Shown here piece by piece: positions 1 to 12,939 of a stretch of DNA of 64,000 bases. Position numbers and translations under genes: made by a program. Within the stretch, counting starts at the first letter, position 1; each line of letters starts with the position of its first letter. This DNA comes from Gnetum montanum (taxonomy: Eukaryota > Plantae > Gnetophyta): contig MNCI01000668.1 of assembly GCA_015680685.1 (NCBI GenBank), positions 1,234,715 to 1,298,714 of the forward strand. Direction: 5' to 3'. A model generated the notes under the pieces. That model was not told the DNA's origin, made no database searches, and was given only the letters and a program-made list of their open reading frames with translations.

Positions 1-603
1 TTTTGTCAATGAGCATCAATAGAACATTCATTTCATCAATTACCTAAAGAGCTAGTCGATAAATGTAGATAAATTTTGTAAGTATATATTTATTTGATGT
101 TGCAATAATAGTATTAATGAATTTAGATTGCATGTTCCATTATTATTTTGTTACTATGGGCTCAAATATTCATAAAAACTATTATTATCATGATATTCCA
201 CATTCTCAACAACACATAAACACTACTATGGAGTCCTATCATGGATTTATAAAAGGAAAATTCTTAAGAGATATCAAAAATAGGAAATACTATCACATTG
301 ATTGGCCTATATGGACTTTGACAAAGGTACAACTATATTATTAGAACAATGAAAGACTTAAAGCTACAAGATATATAGTAAATAAAAAGGATAGATAAAT
401 CAATAAGAATTCATAAAAAAGGCTATTGAAATCTATGATGATGATTGCAAAAAAGTCTTGAATAAAGACGATGAATATCTTGTGGTACAAGGTGTTCTCT
501 TTCAGTATTTTCTATGTGTAGATGGTCAAACCTCAATCATTTTTTCAATCATGCAATGAAATTTTTGATGTTAGTCAAAGGACATACTAGTACATATAAG
601 CTC
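1..603 (+). pseudogene. MULE/Mutator-type (SWIM-associated) transposase remnant
   Basis: ORF 117-344 contains HINTTMESYHGFIKGKFL and YHIDWPIWTL, resembling the NNxxESYHxxLK and RxDWLxxxL motifs of plant MULE transposases. It is cut off at 604 by an LTR. Confidence 0.55.
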
Positions 604-1754
604 TATGGATCATTGAACTTAGGAAGGAAGGAAGGATGAATAAGTTCCCCAAAATAAAATTCTTTGGGACAAAGCACACACACCAAATTTAACATGTTTT
701 CCCAACTTGGGTAGTCCATACTTGGAGGGTAGTTCACAAACACACCTCCAAAATGTGTTTCTCTCAAATGTTGTTTTAAGGGTACCCCACTTTTTATAAG
801 CTCTAAGCTTTTTTTCAGAGTGATTTAATGCTATGAATCCACTTAACCCCACAAGGTCTCAACAAGCTTAGAATGTGGTTTTTAGGATCCCACAATCTTT
901 ACAAACTTAAGCTCTACTTCAAAGTGTTGTGGTGTGACACCAACACTTAATCTCATAGGATCCCAACAAGCTCAAGCAAGATGCCTTCTCACAAGAATCA
1001 CATCAACTCCGTAGGGCAACATAAGAGAATAACAATTATAAGGGATGAAGGAAACATAGCTTGCTAATCCTTGTACTTGAGGTACAACTCACTTCATAAT
1101 ATATAAAAGATAATACATTGAGTAGCAACAATTATTACAATTATTGTCAAATGATCACACAATGATTGTACAAAAGCTTGCACATTTCTCAATAATAATG
1201 ATGTCTTATTATAACCACTATGTTTCCAAATTCATCTTGGAACTCATGTAACATCCAGTTAATGGTCATGAAAGATGTCTTCTCCATGGCTAAGACATCT
1301 TTCTACATCTAGCCTCTATTCTAAGAAGACGTATTTCTATAATTGGCCTTTATTCTAGAAAGATGTCTTTTTTTGATGAAAGACATCTGCTATTTTACAA
1401 AGACATCTTTGCCTATGCTACCTTCAATTTTTCCAAGACATCTACTATTTCTTGAAGATTTCTTTCTTTACTTCCTTTGCATTTTGATTTCTTCATTCCT
1501 TATCCACAATCTTACACTTCCACATGTTCCAATGATGTTAACTTTGCTTGTAAGTTATTTGGTGTTTGTTCATGTTCTTTGAATTCTTGCATGTTCACTT
1601 AAGACCTTGTGGATGACCTTTTCCTTTGAGCTCACCAATTCATTCCTTATCTTTTCATCTTGGTTTCCCATGTACTTTGTCCTACAAACACAAATCACAC
1701 AAATTACTTTTGATTTCATTTTACTTAATGTTTTGACATACTAAAAGGTCAATA
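604..1754 (-). repeat. 3' LTR of Sirevirus-like element
   Basis: Aligns with 5071-5710. Starts tattgac (decayed TGTTG) on the minus strand after the PPT. Contains aagatgtctt/aagacatctt repeats. Confidence 0.85.
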
Positions 1755-2090
1755 TTTCCTCCTTTTTGGTGATGTTCAAAACTTAAGAAAATTTGTTAGT
1801 AATCATACAAATATATTCCATACTCTCCTTCTTTTTGAACAATAGTAAAAAGGATAAAGCACATTAAGCTTATAAGGAAATATCATAAAAGAACAACATT
1901 CCAATATTATAACCCAAAAAGCAATTCTTCCCTTTACTAAAAAGTAGCCATACCATAGTCACAAAAGATATGCATTATGCTCAATAAATCTCTAAGTAAC
2001 ATAAAGCATTTTCAAATATAGTACTATAATGAATATTATTAATCATTTGCAATCCTTCAGAATAGAGATATGAGTACTCCTTACTTTAGT
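1755..2090 (-). promoter_or_regulatory. Multiple polypurine tracts upstream of the 3' LTR (Sirevirus hallmark)
   Basis: tttcctcctttttg (~1755), ctctccttctttttg (~1823), ttcttcccttt (~1925) and tactccttacttt (~2075) are decayed reverse complements of AAAAAGGGGGAG. Confidence 0.65.
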
Positions 2091-3341
2091 GAAGTCCATA
2101 TAAATAAGAGATTCTTAAGTACTTAAGGGAAGATAAATTCATGGCATGCTAAAATACCATTAGATGAAAAGACACAGCCTTAAATATCATATTTGTAGTC
2201 TTCAATTAAGATTTTTCCTTTTTAGTTCAAAATAAGGTTAGAAAGAACAAGTCACAACTAATCCAAACATCAAAAAACTTGCAATTAATGTGTAAGAGAG
2301 AATAAACTTGAATGCCAAAGGCTAAATATTGAGCATATAGAATTAGCTCTCATTTATAATTTATATCTTCAATATTCTAAACGCATCTCTTAGCATAATT
2401 TTCAAGGGGCTCAATATCTAAGGATCAAATAACTTGTCTTTTTGAAGCAATAAACTCATATGGCAAACCAATATGTCATAATTCCATAAAAACTCAACTC
2501 TTATGAAAACATCATGAAGGTAATTATATGCAATGGAAGAAAAGATACACTTTTCAAAATAAATTCTCATGAAGAAGGAAAAATACCAAATAAAAACAAG
2601 TGAATTCCTAAAAGTAGCCAAGAATGTTTTTGTAAGATGTTTAAACAGTAAACAAAAAATATGACCCTAGTAAAAAGTCTATAAAGCATCTTAACTAAGA
2701 TTTAATTCTACTTTTACCTTGGATATTGTACCATACCCTTGAATTACATGAATTCTTGCTCATTTTGTGATATTTTGTTTTGTTGTTTGAATGTTTCTTG
2801 GCTAAAGTCTTCAAATACTCCCCCTACATTGGAGACCTCCAAGATGATCATGGATAATAAGGAATAGGCTCCCCCTACACATGTGTATCTCTTCTTGGTC
2901 TTTTAAGATCAACTCGTAAACATTGTAAATCATTGAAGCACTAAAATTGTAGATCAAAATTAAGATCAAATGTGGAGACTAAGTTCTCCAATTAGTAATA
3001 TTGATGGAATTTTTAGAGGCTTTTCTTATCTCATAAATAGAAAAAATATTCTAAAAGACATAAGCTTAGAATTAGATCATGCAAGATAGAAAGAAAAAAA
3101 AAACTAACTAAATTTATTACAAGATAGAGGCCCAAAAGAACTTAATACAAGTGCTACACTACATATTTTCATAAACTCAATTACATCAAGCTCAAAATGA
3201 ATATAAGATATACTTTAAACAATTTTTCCAACATTGATCTAGAAAAGACACAAACAATTTGGACTTTTCAAATCATATACTTAATTAACTAGCAAGCAAA
3301 GAGATGGAAACTTACCTTGCTTGCAAATGAGAAGAGAAGAT

Positions 3342-5015
3342 TAATGGAGTTTGAGATGAGTTCCCTTATCATGAAGTACCTCCTCATCTTTAGGTTCTTT
3401 TTCATTAGGTCGTGTATGTGATGTCTCTATTTGTTCATGTTCTTTATGAAAGAACCCTTGATTACTTATTGTATTAATTTCAATTCTCCACTTTTCTTCA
3501 TTTTCAACTATTTATGCTTGCACAATTTCCTTATCAAAGTCTTCTTGACAAGATCAAGTGTCAATATTGTTTTGATCATCATGAGAATAGTTAAGGATTT
3601 GCTTACTACCACAATTTTTACATACAAATAAAGTATTCTCCTCATGAGAAATATTATCAAACCTGACTATGCTGGAGCTTGGATTTTCATGTGTGAATTT
3701 CTCCAAATTCTTTGGTTGTTTTTCAAGAGTCTTTTCTTCTTAAACCTTTATGCAATTCTTATTTAAAAAGGTTAGTTGTGGAATATTAGATTTTATGTCT
3801 AAGATCTCTTCTTTCACTTTAGAGTGAATAGCATCTAGCTTAGAAAATACAAATTTATTTACTTTTTTAACCAAATAATGTAAAAGAAAAATTTCTTCTT
3901 TAAGTTCACTATACCTTTCATTATACTTACCTCCTTGTTCACCCATATGTGAGGAGTTTTCATTTGTAAGAACCATTCATATGAGGTGTGAATCTTTGGA
4001 AGAACTATATACTTCTTCTTCACTCTACTCACCATCATCCCAACTTGTATAAAATTTGGTCTTTTTTTTATTCTTCATCATTGGATTTATTCTTTGGCTG
4101 AGCCATGCTATCACTAGGACATTCAGAGGTCAAATGGCCTCTTCCTCCACAAACCCAAAATTATATAGAGGAAAAATCTAAGCTAGAATTCAAAAAAATT
4201 TCACCTCTTTCTCTACCTTTGAACAAATTAATTCTTTGCTAAAATTATCCTTTATTTCTTCTTATTGACAAATGTTTTATCTTTCTTGAGAGAAAGGCAA
4301 TCTCATCTTCATTACCCTCTTCATGCTCATTAAACTCCTTCTCCTTAGAGGCAACCTTAAGAGTAATCATTCTTTCTTGGATATCTCCTTCGCTTATGAA
4401 ATTCATTTCATAGGCAATGAGAGTGCTTTGAAGTTCTTCAAATTAGAAAGTGGAGAAATCTCTAATCTCTTCCATAGCTATGACCTTTGTTCTGAACTCC
4501 AATTAAAGAGTTCTAATCATTATGATGATGACATCACTCTTGAGAAAATCTTTACCTATACCTCCACTAGCTACAACAATATCCTTTTCTCTAGAGAAGT
4601 AATCTTTCATTTTCTCTGCTTCTAACATTTTAAGTTTATCATATTCACTTTGCAAATCTAACAATTTAGATTGTTTGACAATAAATCTTCCTTTATAAGT
4701 AGCTTCTAAAGCTTGCCAAATTTCTTTGGCTATTTTACATTTTTCTACTCTATTAAATTTAGATTTATTCAAGGTGCAATATAAACAATTATTTGCTTTA
4801 AAATCAAACATGAACTTATATTTCTCCTTTTATGTCCATTTGTTGTGAGGTTTGATGATGCTAATGGAGCTATCTATAAGTGAAGTGTAGCTTTCAAGGA
4901 TTGACTTCCAAACTTCAAACTCAATGGATTTGAAGAATCCATACATTCTAGCTTTCTAGTAGGCAAAGTTAAATCCATCAAACATGGATGGATTTATGTA
5001 AGATGTCCCCTCCAT
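3342..5015 (-). pseudogene. gag: Copia gag (DUF4219/UBN2, zinc knuckle) with acidic C-terminal extension
   Basis: Begins MEGTSYINPSMFDGFNFAY*KARM. Contains CKIAKEIWQALEATYKG...VKQSKL, the knuckle (F)WVCGGRGHLTSECPS at ~4113-4160 and TSWDD. The frame runs on to ~3342 with stops and frameshifts. Confidence 0.85.
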
Positions 5016-5070
5016 TGTTCACTCTTGATGTTGATGATGACAAAGAAGAATATTAGGCTCTGATACCACT

Positions 5071-5710
5071 TATGGATTGTTAAACTTAGGAGGGGAGGAG
5101 GGATGAATAAGTTTCCTAAAGTAAAATTCTTTGGGACAAAGCACACACACCAAATTTAACATGGTTCCCTAACTTAGGTAGTCCACACTTGGAGGGTAGT
5201 TCACAAGCACAGCTCTAGACTTTGTTGCTCTCAAATGTGGTTTGAAGGATACCACATCCTATATAAGCTTTAAGCTCTACTTCAAGGTGATTTGACGCTA
5301 CAAATCCACTCAACCCTGTAAGGTCCCCGACAAGCTAGAATGTGGTTTTGAGGATCCCAAAAACTTTATAATCTTGAGATCCACTTTGAAGTGTTATGAT
5401 GCTACACCAACACTTGAATCCTACAAGATCCTAATAAGCTCAAGCAAGATACCTTCCCTCAAAAAGTACATCAACCTCGTAGGACAAGAGAAGAGAACAA
5501 CAATTACAAGGGATGAATGCAACTCAGTTTGCTGATCCTTGTACTTGAGGTATAACTCACTTTGCGATAGACAAAAGATAATACAATGAGTAACAATGAT
5601 TACAATGATTGTTAAATGATTACATAATGATTATACAAAATCTTGCACATTTCCCAATAAGAATGATGTCTTCCTATCGCCACTATGTTTCCAAATTCAT
5701 CTTGGAACTT
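5071..5710 (-). repeat. Truncated 5' LTR of Sirevirus-like element
   Basis: Matches 604-1243, then switches abruptly into gypsy RT sequence at 5711. Confidence 0.85.
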
Positions 5711-8710
5711 TTGCAAGGACTAGTAAACTTGATAAGGAACAAAAGAGAAAAATACTAAAAGTGGTAAATAAATGGCCAATTACATTTGCATGGTCCTATG
5801 ACAAGATTACTAGAATTGACTCATGTATATGCCAACTTCAAATCTATACAGATCTAGCTTTTAAACCATGCCACCAACCTCAAAGAAGGTTAAACCCAAA
5901 GCTTAAAGAAGTTTTCAAACAAGAGTTAGAAAAATTATTGAAAGTAATAGTAGATGATGAATGGATTATCTAATTAGTCATTGTACCAAAGAAGGATAGA
6001 AATTGGAGGGTTTGTATTGATTTTAGATTATTAAATATGGAAACATTCAAGAATCATTTTCCTTTGCCATTTGTTGACCAAGTCCTAGATACTATAATAG
6101 CTTACCAGTATTACAGCTTTATAGATGGCTATGGTAGGGACAAAAAAATCTTCATTGCACTAGAAGACTAAGAAAAGACCACATTCACTAGCCCATGGGG
6201 GACATCTTCATACAAGCAGATGCCCTTTAGTTTGTGTAATGCACTTGCTACATTCTAGAAACTTATACTCAACATCTTCTAGAAGAAAATTAGCAATGGG
6301 GTTAAAGTCTTTGTGGAAAAATTCTTCACATATACGCTAGATTTTAAACAAGCCTTAGACCATTTAGAGTAGGTACTAAAGAGATGTGTAGAAGCCAATC
6401 TAAGACTCAATTGGTAGAAAAGCCATTTAGTGATTCAAGATGATATAGTTCTGAGACATAGAGTATCTCACAAGGGAATAGAGATAGATCAAGAGAAGAT
6501 CATAGTCATCCAAAACATCACTTAGAGGTAGCAAACTATTAAGGATGTTAAATCATTTCTTGGCCACATAGGATACTATAGAAGATTTATTGAAGTTTTC
6601 TCAAAAATTAGAAAACCTCTAGTAGAACTCACAAAGAAAGATGCACAATTCCACTAGACAAAACTATGTGAGAAGGCACTTGAGACATTAAGACATAAAC
6701 TAATTGAAATACCAAACCTTTAAGCTCTAGATTGATCTAAACCCTTCCAAAAAATGATAGATGCTTCAAACTACACACTGGGAGTAGCACTCATGCTAGA
6801 TGGTCAAAGATGATTCTATTACATACATTGCACTAGTCAAAGCATCATCGAGGTAGAACTTAATTACACCACTACAAAAAGAAGCTTATGGTTGTGGTGT
6901 ATGCACTTGAGAAATTTAGATACTATGTGCTTGAATATCCTATTTATGTCCACACATATCATAGTGCTATTAAATTTCTAATGAATAAACTAGTAGTCAG
7001 TTTAAGGACAATAAGATGGCTTGTAATATTATAATAATTTGACATCACCATGGTAGATAAAAAGGAAATCAAAAATGTTATAGTTGATCATGTATCTAGA
7101 CACATATGGGAATCTTAGGACAATGATGAATCACTATCAAACCAATTTCCCAATGAAAATCTACTTACAAGAACAACAATGGCTACAACCTTAATAAAGA
7201 AGTGGTGGATATTTGATTATGTGACCTAACTACATAAAAAATTCCTTTTGAGTGGGACAAGAAACAAAATGAGCAGTTCCTCCACTAAGCCAAATAGTAT
7301 ATGGAAATTAGTAGAAACCTTTACAAGATCTATATCGAGGAACTAATCAGATGATGTGTTCCTAAAGAAGAACATAAAAAAAACCTTACGAGATGCACAT
7401 GAAGGATCATGTGGTGGTTACTATGTAGGATGAAGGATGGCACTCAAACTGATGATGGCAAGCTCCTTCTAGCCTACCATATTTAAAAACAAACACTACT
7501 TCACCCAATCTTTTGAGATATGTCAATGTGACAAAGGATTAATAATCAAAAACAAAGGTCCACAATAGTGGATACAGCCATTGGAACCATTTGATATTTG
7601 GAAAATTGATTTTATGGGGCCCATCAAGCCAATGTCCAATGGGAAATTGTACATTATAGTAATAATTAATTATTATACAAAGTGGATAGAAGTAGCTATA
7701 ATTAAGGATTACATAGCCAAAACAACTACTAAGTTCTTTCAATAACATGTGGTGAATAGATTTGAAGTGCCATGCATGCTCATACTAGATAATAAGACTC
7801 ATTTTATAGGAGCTACATTTAAAAAGCTAATGCAACATCTTGGGGTGAATCACCAACTACACCATACCATCCCCAAGAAATTGGATAAGCAGAAGTAACT
7901 AATCGAAAAATCACAAGAATATTAACCAAAATAGTTAGTTGATATGGGAAGGATTAGAGCACTATTCTTAATGATGCTCCATGGGCATATAGATCAACAT
8001 GGAAACTTCATATAGTGTATTCCCAATCTAAGTTAGTTTATAGTAAACTACCCACATTACTAATCTAAGTGGAACTCAATACCCTTTCCACTACTTGTAC
8101 ACTTGACCTTGAGTTAAGCCTAAGCCAATGAGAATGCCTCATGAATCTTAACCTCTTAGATGAGAATTGATTAGTCACTCAAATGAGTAACAAAATTCAC
8201 AAAAAGTGCTTTAAAAATAGACATGATGCTAAAATAAGATAAGTGTCATACCGACTAGGTGATAAAATCCTCTATTACAATCTTAGTTATAAGTTAGTTT
8301 ATAGTAAACTACCCACATTACTAATCTAAGTGGAACTCAATACCCTTTCCACTACTTGTACACTTGACCTCTACTTAAGCCTAAGCCAATGAGAATGCCT
8401 CATGAATCTTAACCTCTTAGATGAGAATTTATTAGTCACTCAAATGAGTAATGAAATTCACAAAAAGTGCTTCAAAAATAGACATGATGCTAAAATAAGA
8501 TAAGTGTCATACCAACTAGGTGATAAAGTCCTCTATTACAATCTTAGTTATGTTACACAAAAGACGAAGTTTCAAATCTTATGGGAAGGATCCTATATCA
8601 TCCATGCAACATACCAATCTAGTGCCATGTAGATCTATCACCCAGCCAACCTAAAAAAGTTGAGTCTTATCAATATTCAATAGGTTAAGCCATATCATGA
8701 CTTTCACTAC
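5711..8710 (+). pseudogene. pol: Gypsy pol (RT, RNase H, integrase)
   Basis: FAWSY, PQRRLNPKLKEV, WRVCIDFRLLN, HFPLPFVDQVLD, DASNY (RNase H), HEGSCGG, PFDIWKIDFMGP, WEGSY (GPY/F module). Many stop codons. Confidence 0.92.
8030..8551 (+). repeat. 261-bp tandem duplication within integrase
   Basis: 8030-8290 is repeated at 8291-8551 with only a handful of substitutions. Confidence 0.9.
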
Positions 8711-9867
8711 TCGTTTCATGACTCATTAGAGTAGTGATGAAACGAGATGTGGGAGCATTCTTGTGTTTTGAAGGGGTGGTGTGGTCTTAGAGTAGTGATG
8801 CAAAGTTATTGAAAGTGGTTGGTCTTGATCTGGACTAAGGATGAACTTTATGAAGTTATTTAACCATAAAATCCACAAGGCACTTCACACGACCATGATT
8901 AGGAATTCCATTTTACTTCTTCTCTCATCCATCACTGCTTTCCATAACTCACCTCACTACTAATTTTTATGTTTTGTTCAATGTCTTAGTTTGATGTGTT
9001 AAAATTCTTAGGTGGATTCTTTTGGATTTGGTCCTTAACTTTTTGTGAGCATTAATCAATTGTGGGGCCCGCTGACTTCTTAGTTGAGGTTACGTAAGGG
9101 AAAAAAGGGCATAAGCTTGCTATGGGAAGGATCCACTTGCATGTCTCTTGGTTGGGTCAGTTAAGTCCCTTATCCTTAGGCATTTTGGCAATCAAATCTT
9201 TTACATTCCCCATTGGTTACATCCAACTATGTGCTCCTTAAGGCATTTCTCCAATTAATCTCTATCTTTTGTGAAATATCAAGCCTTTTTCATGCATCTC
9301 ATTGTGTTCCTAGTTCTTGGGCTTCTATTTGATTCTAATTTTTCTCAAAAACTAGTTGTATTTTTCAACTTGGCCAACTATGATCAATAGCCACATTGAC
9401 TAGGTCTAGTCAATGTAGTTGACCACGTCAACTAGGCCCCATCAACAAGGCCTAATTGATGCAAGGAAAAAATTCTATATATATCACCCACCACTTAGGA
9501 TTTTTTTTCCATTTGCTTCAAATGTAAGAGGATTTTTTGTAATTTTTTAGAGCTCAAAACCTTCCAAAGCCCATAACTTTCAAATCTTTTGTCTAATTCA
9601 CTTTATTCTTCTATCCTATAGCTTTTGGAGGTACACTCTAGAAGGGTCTAATGAATCAATAATATTAAAATACTAAGTAATGAGAGTTAAATACTTCCAA
9701 CACACTCTAGTAAATTATTTAATCAAGTAACAATAAAATAATATTAAACTAACCAAACCAGTCATGATCACAACTTAGCCAAGTGTAACTACCTCAAGAG
9801 ATAACGTATTTCAAATGTTTCAAAGTTACACATGAAATGCTAATCCTTGGTCATGTTGTGATTATAG

Positions 9868-11243
9868 ATGGCTCCTAGGCCAAAATGTCTGTAGGAAGCA
9901 GAACCATTCCAACCAAGGGACAAATGACCTAGAGATGGAAGAGATCAGCAAGAATAAGCCTAAGAATAGACAACAAAAATTCATGCAACAAGACCTCTTC
10001 GAGAGGAGCCCGAAGTGGAATCTAACCTATAGATTCCCAAAAAAGTGACCGTAACTAAATAGTCCCATCAAGATGAGGCACCAGGACTGGTGCCAAGACT
10101 TGAGATCACATTGAATCATTCCTTCCTTGATCAAATCAAGCCTCATGACATCCAATGTTTAGTTCTTCAAGAATTGAACTTTGGACTATTCTTAGAACAT
10201 GCTCTAGTAGAAGTCAAGACACAGTTGCAAAACTCTCCCATGGGGCCAATCATCACTTCCAGTGGGAAATGGTACATGGAAGAGACATATTTCTTTTCGA
10301 ATAGTATGGCAAGTGGAAGCCACTATGAAGATCAAGGATATTTAGGTATCCTACTCAGTGGAGGCCATTGCACAAGCCCTTAGGTTTCCTAATACTGAGA
10401 CAAATTTAGCAAATATCTCCACACAAGTAGACTTGGAGGCAAAGGAGTGGACCTAGTAGTGTTATGGAATGGACCATAAGGAGTATGATGCACTCACCCC
10501 AGTAGAGCCTATATATGTTAGGATAGTGGCCTACCACTTTAATCCAACGGTGAGATCAAACAAGGTGAACACTTTCTCCACCTATGTGTGTGTCACTCTA
10601 AGTAGGAAATTCCCTTTGAACCTTCCACAGATAGTCTATTTGGAGAAAGAAAAGAGATTTAAGAAAAATGAAGGTGGAAGGAAGGTCCTACCCTTTCCCT
10701 GCCTCATCCTAAAACTATGCAAAAGGGTAGGGATAGTCCACTATACCAATGACATAATTAGGCATGCTCCTATTGCCTCCTAGGAAAAAATGATGAAGGA
10801 TAAGATCCCTACCATGACCAAGGAAGAGGAGCAACAACTACCACCTCCATCACCAACTCATGAAATAACACTAGAGGCCCATAATATCCTTGAGCACATG
10901 TGTGAGATCTAAGATAGCTCTTGTAAGAGCAAGAGTAGTGAATAGGCATGAGTGATGAAAACCCATCTATGTATCACCCAGCAACAAGCCACCTCAAAAA
11001 AGTGGCTTAAACCATCAATCACATGGAGGAAGGTGGGCCAATTTTCTTACCCCAAAGAATGTAACTATCCACAAGATCAAATCCTAATGCCCAAGAGTTA
11101 ATGATATCTGTCTCACAACAATAGCACCAAAAATCTCTAGGAATGTTACTACTTTTCTGGTGTATTTGGAGGAGGGTGAGGGGACAACTATCTTGGTGAT
11201 GCAACACCATGAATAGAAGACAATAGTAGAGGTGGATATTGAT
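9868..11243 (+). pseudogene. Athila env-like extra ORF, N-terminal part (plant transposon protein domain)
   Basis: MAPRPK start; RIVAYHFNPT...LNLPQIVY...LPFPCLILKLCKRVGI. Homologous to the minus-strand ORF at 50114-48640. Confidence 0.7.
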
Positions 11244-11848
11244 TATTACATCCCCATTTCCAAATGATGCTACTGACTAATGAAGATGGTGTTTCTTCAT
11301 AACAAGTGTTATTGTTATCTTAACAAGACCCGAAAGGATAGTTGTAATTGAGACTCAAAAGGGCATGTTGTAATAACAGGCATGTCTCATAAGGTAACCT
11401 TTGGGGGTTTGACCTAAGGCATTTATACCTAAGGTTAGATGTCATGCTAGCATGGAATGGTAATGCCAATATAGGCAAGTCATGGGGTGGTGGAGCTAGT
11501 ATAGGCAAGTCACAGAAAGTTAGGTGAAGAAGGACAAGACATGGACTAGTCATCCCTTCTAACTAGGTTATAGGCCTAATCATGGTGGCAGTGTTGGATT
11601 ACCTCTAAGGGATAGATGCCAAAGGAAGAAAACCCCAAAGAACACTCTTAGAGCATGATCCGGATAAACTATTCTATATCAATGAAGCATTCTTTTATTT
11701 CTCTTTCTACATTTTTCCTATTGTTTCCTATATACATAATGTCAAATACCACTTATATTTTGCATTTGGTATATTTTATTTATATGTATAATGTCTAATA
11801 TATTATATATTTGATGTTTTCCATGACATTTGGGGATGGGATGTAACA
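11244..11848 (+). repeat. 5' LTR of the CCR4-carrying element
   Basis: Terminal inverted repeat tattacatcccc...gggatgtaaca. Aligns along its full length with 16299-16907. Confidence 0.92.
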
Positions 11849-12741
11849 ATTTGTATCAGAGAAAACCATGAACTAAGGGTCATTCAAAACCATGGGCCAA
11901 CTACAACATGAACTTAATGATGAATCTTGAAGTGACAACATAGGGATAGCCATTAATCATCACTAGATGTAGCATAAGTGGATGCACCATATGTCTATGA
12001 TGTAAGTTAGAAGATATATTTCCATTGATTTCATGAACAAGGGATCAGGCATTTAGATCCCAGTAACCAACAAAATTATTTCATGGATATCATTAATTGA
12101 TGAAGATTTGATCATACCTCATCAAGCTTCATCAATTACAAGAGATGTTGGTAAGATAATGATACACCAATTCAGGTAACTCTTACCCATATTAATACTA
12201 TAATTATTAATTGATTAGGATCATTGTTAAATCTCTTTCCAAAAAGTTAGTAACATGACTTGAATTGATCTTGTTTTGTTGAAATCCACTATCCAAGTAG
12301 CCTAGAACATTCCAAGTTACCATATGTTAGCTTAGAAATGTTAGTTCAACAAAATAGGCTAGTTTGGTCCTTTTAATTCTTGAAAAATCAACTTCATTTT
12401 TGAATCCTAAAACTATGTCCAATGCATAGTACTTGTTGAGATGATTCCAACAATACAAATTTTGTCTCAATTAGACACACGGTTTGGGAGATATTGATGT
12501 TTAAAATTTCTTGTTATAGGTGCATTAAAATAATATTAAATTATTAAATTATTATTTAAACAAAAAAACTTTCAAAATTTTAGGGTAGGGAATTAGCCTA
12601 GAATCACCATTTACCCATACTAAACCCTTACCCTATCATTGGCTGAACCACCATGTCAACTGCCGAGGCAAGGTGGAATAAAATAATAATAAAAAGTTAA
12701 AAAAACATCCAAGCCCCCATAGTTTTAATTAAAAAAGAGAT

Positions 12742-12767
12742 ACATATAATATATATATATATATATA
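12742..12767. repeat. (TA)n microsatellite
   Basis: acatataatatatatatatatatata. Confidence 0.8.
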
Positions 12768-12939
12768 ACCTTTTTTTAAATTATAATATTAATAATAAAT
12801 AAATAAAACAAAATAAAAATATATAATTAAAAAATAAAAAATAATTAAAAAACACCCTTTGGTAGGGCCATGACCGACCTTGCTATTGGCCCTACTACCA
12901 ACAATGGCTAACAATAATTAGGGGCTGGCCCTAAGAGCC

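Larger units (their letters stand above)
604..5710 (-). mobile_element. Sirevirus-like Ty1/copia element, non-autonomous (gag only), 5' LTR truncated
   Basis: Direct repeats at 604-1754 and 5071-5710, tRNA-Met PBS (gctctgatacca, 5057-5068), PPT at 1755-1770, UBN2-type gag. No integrase or RT motifs found in the 3.3-kb internal region. Confidence 0.85.
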
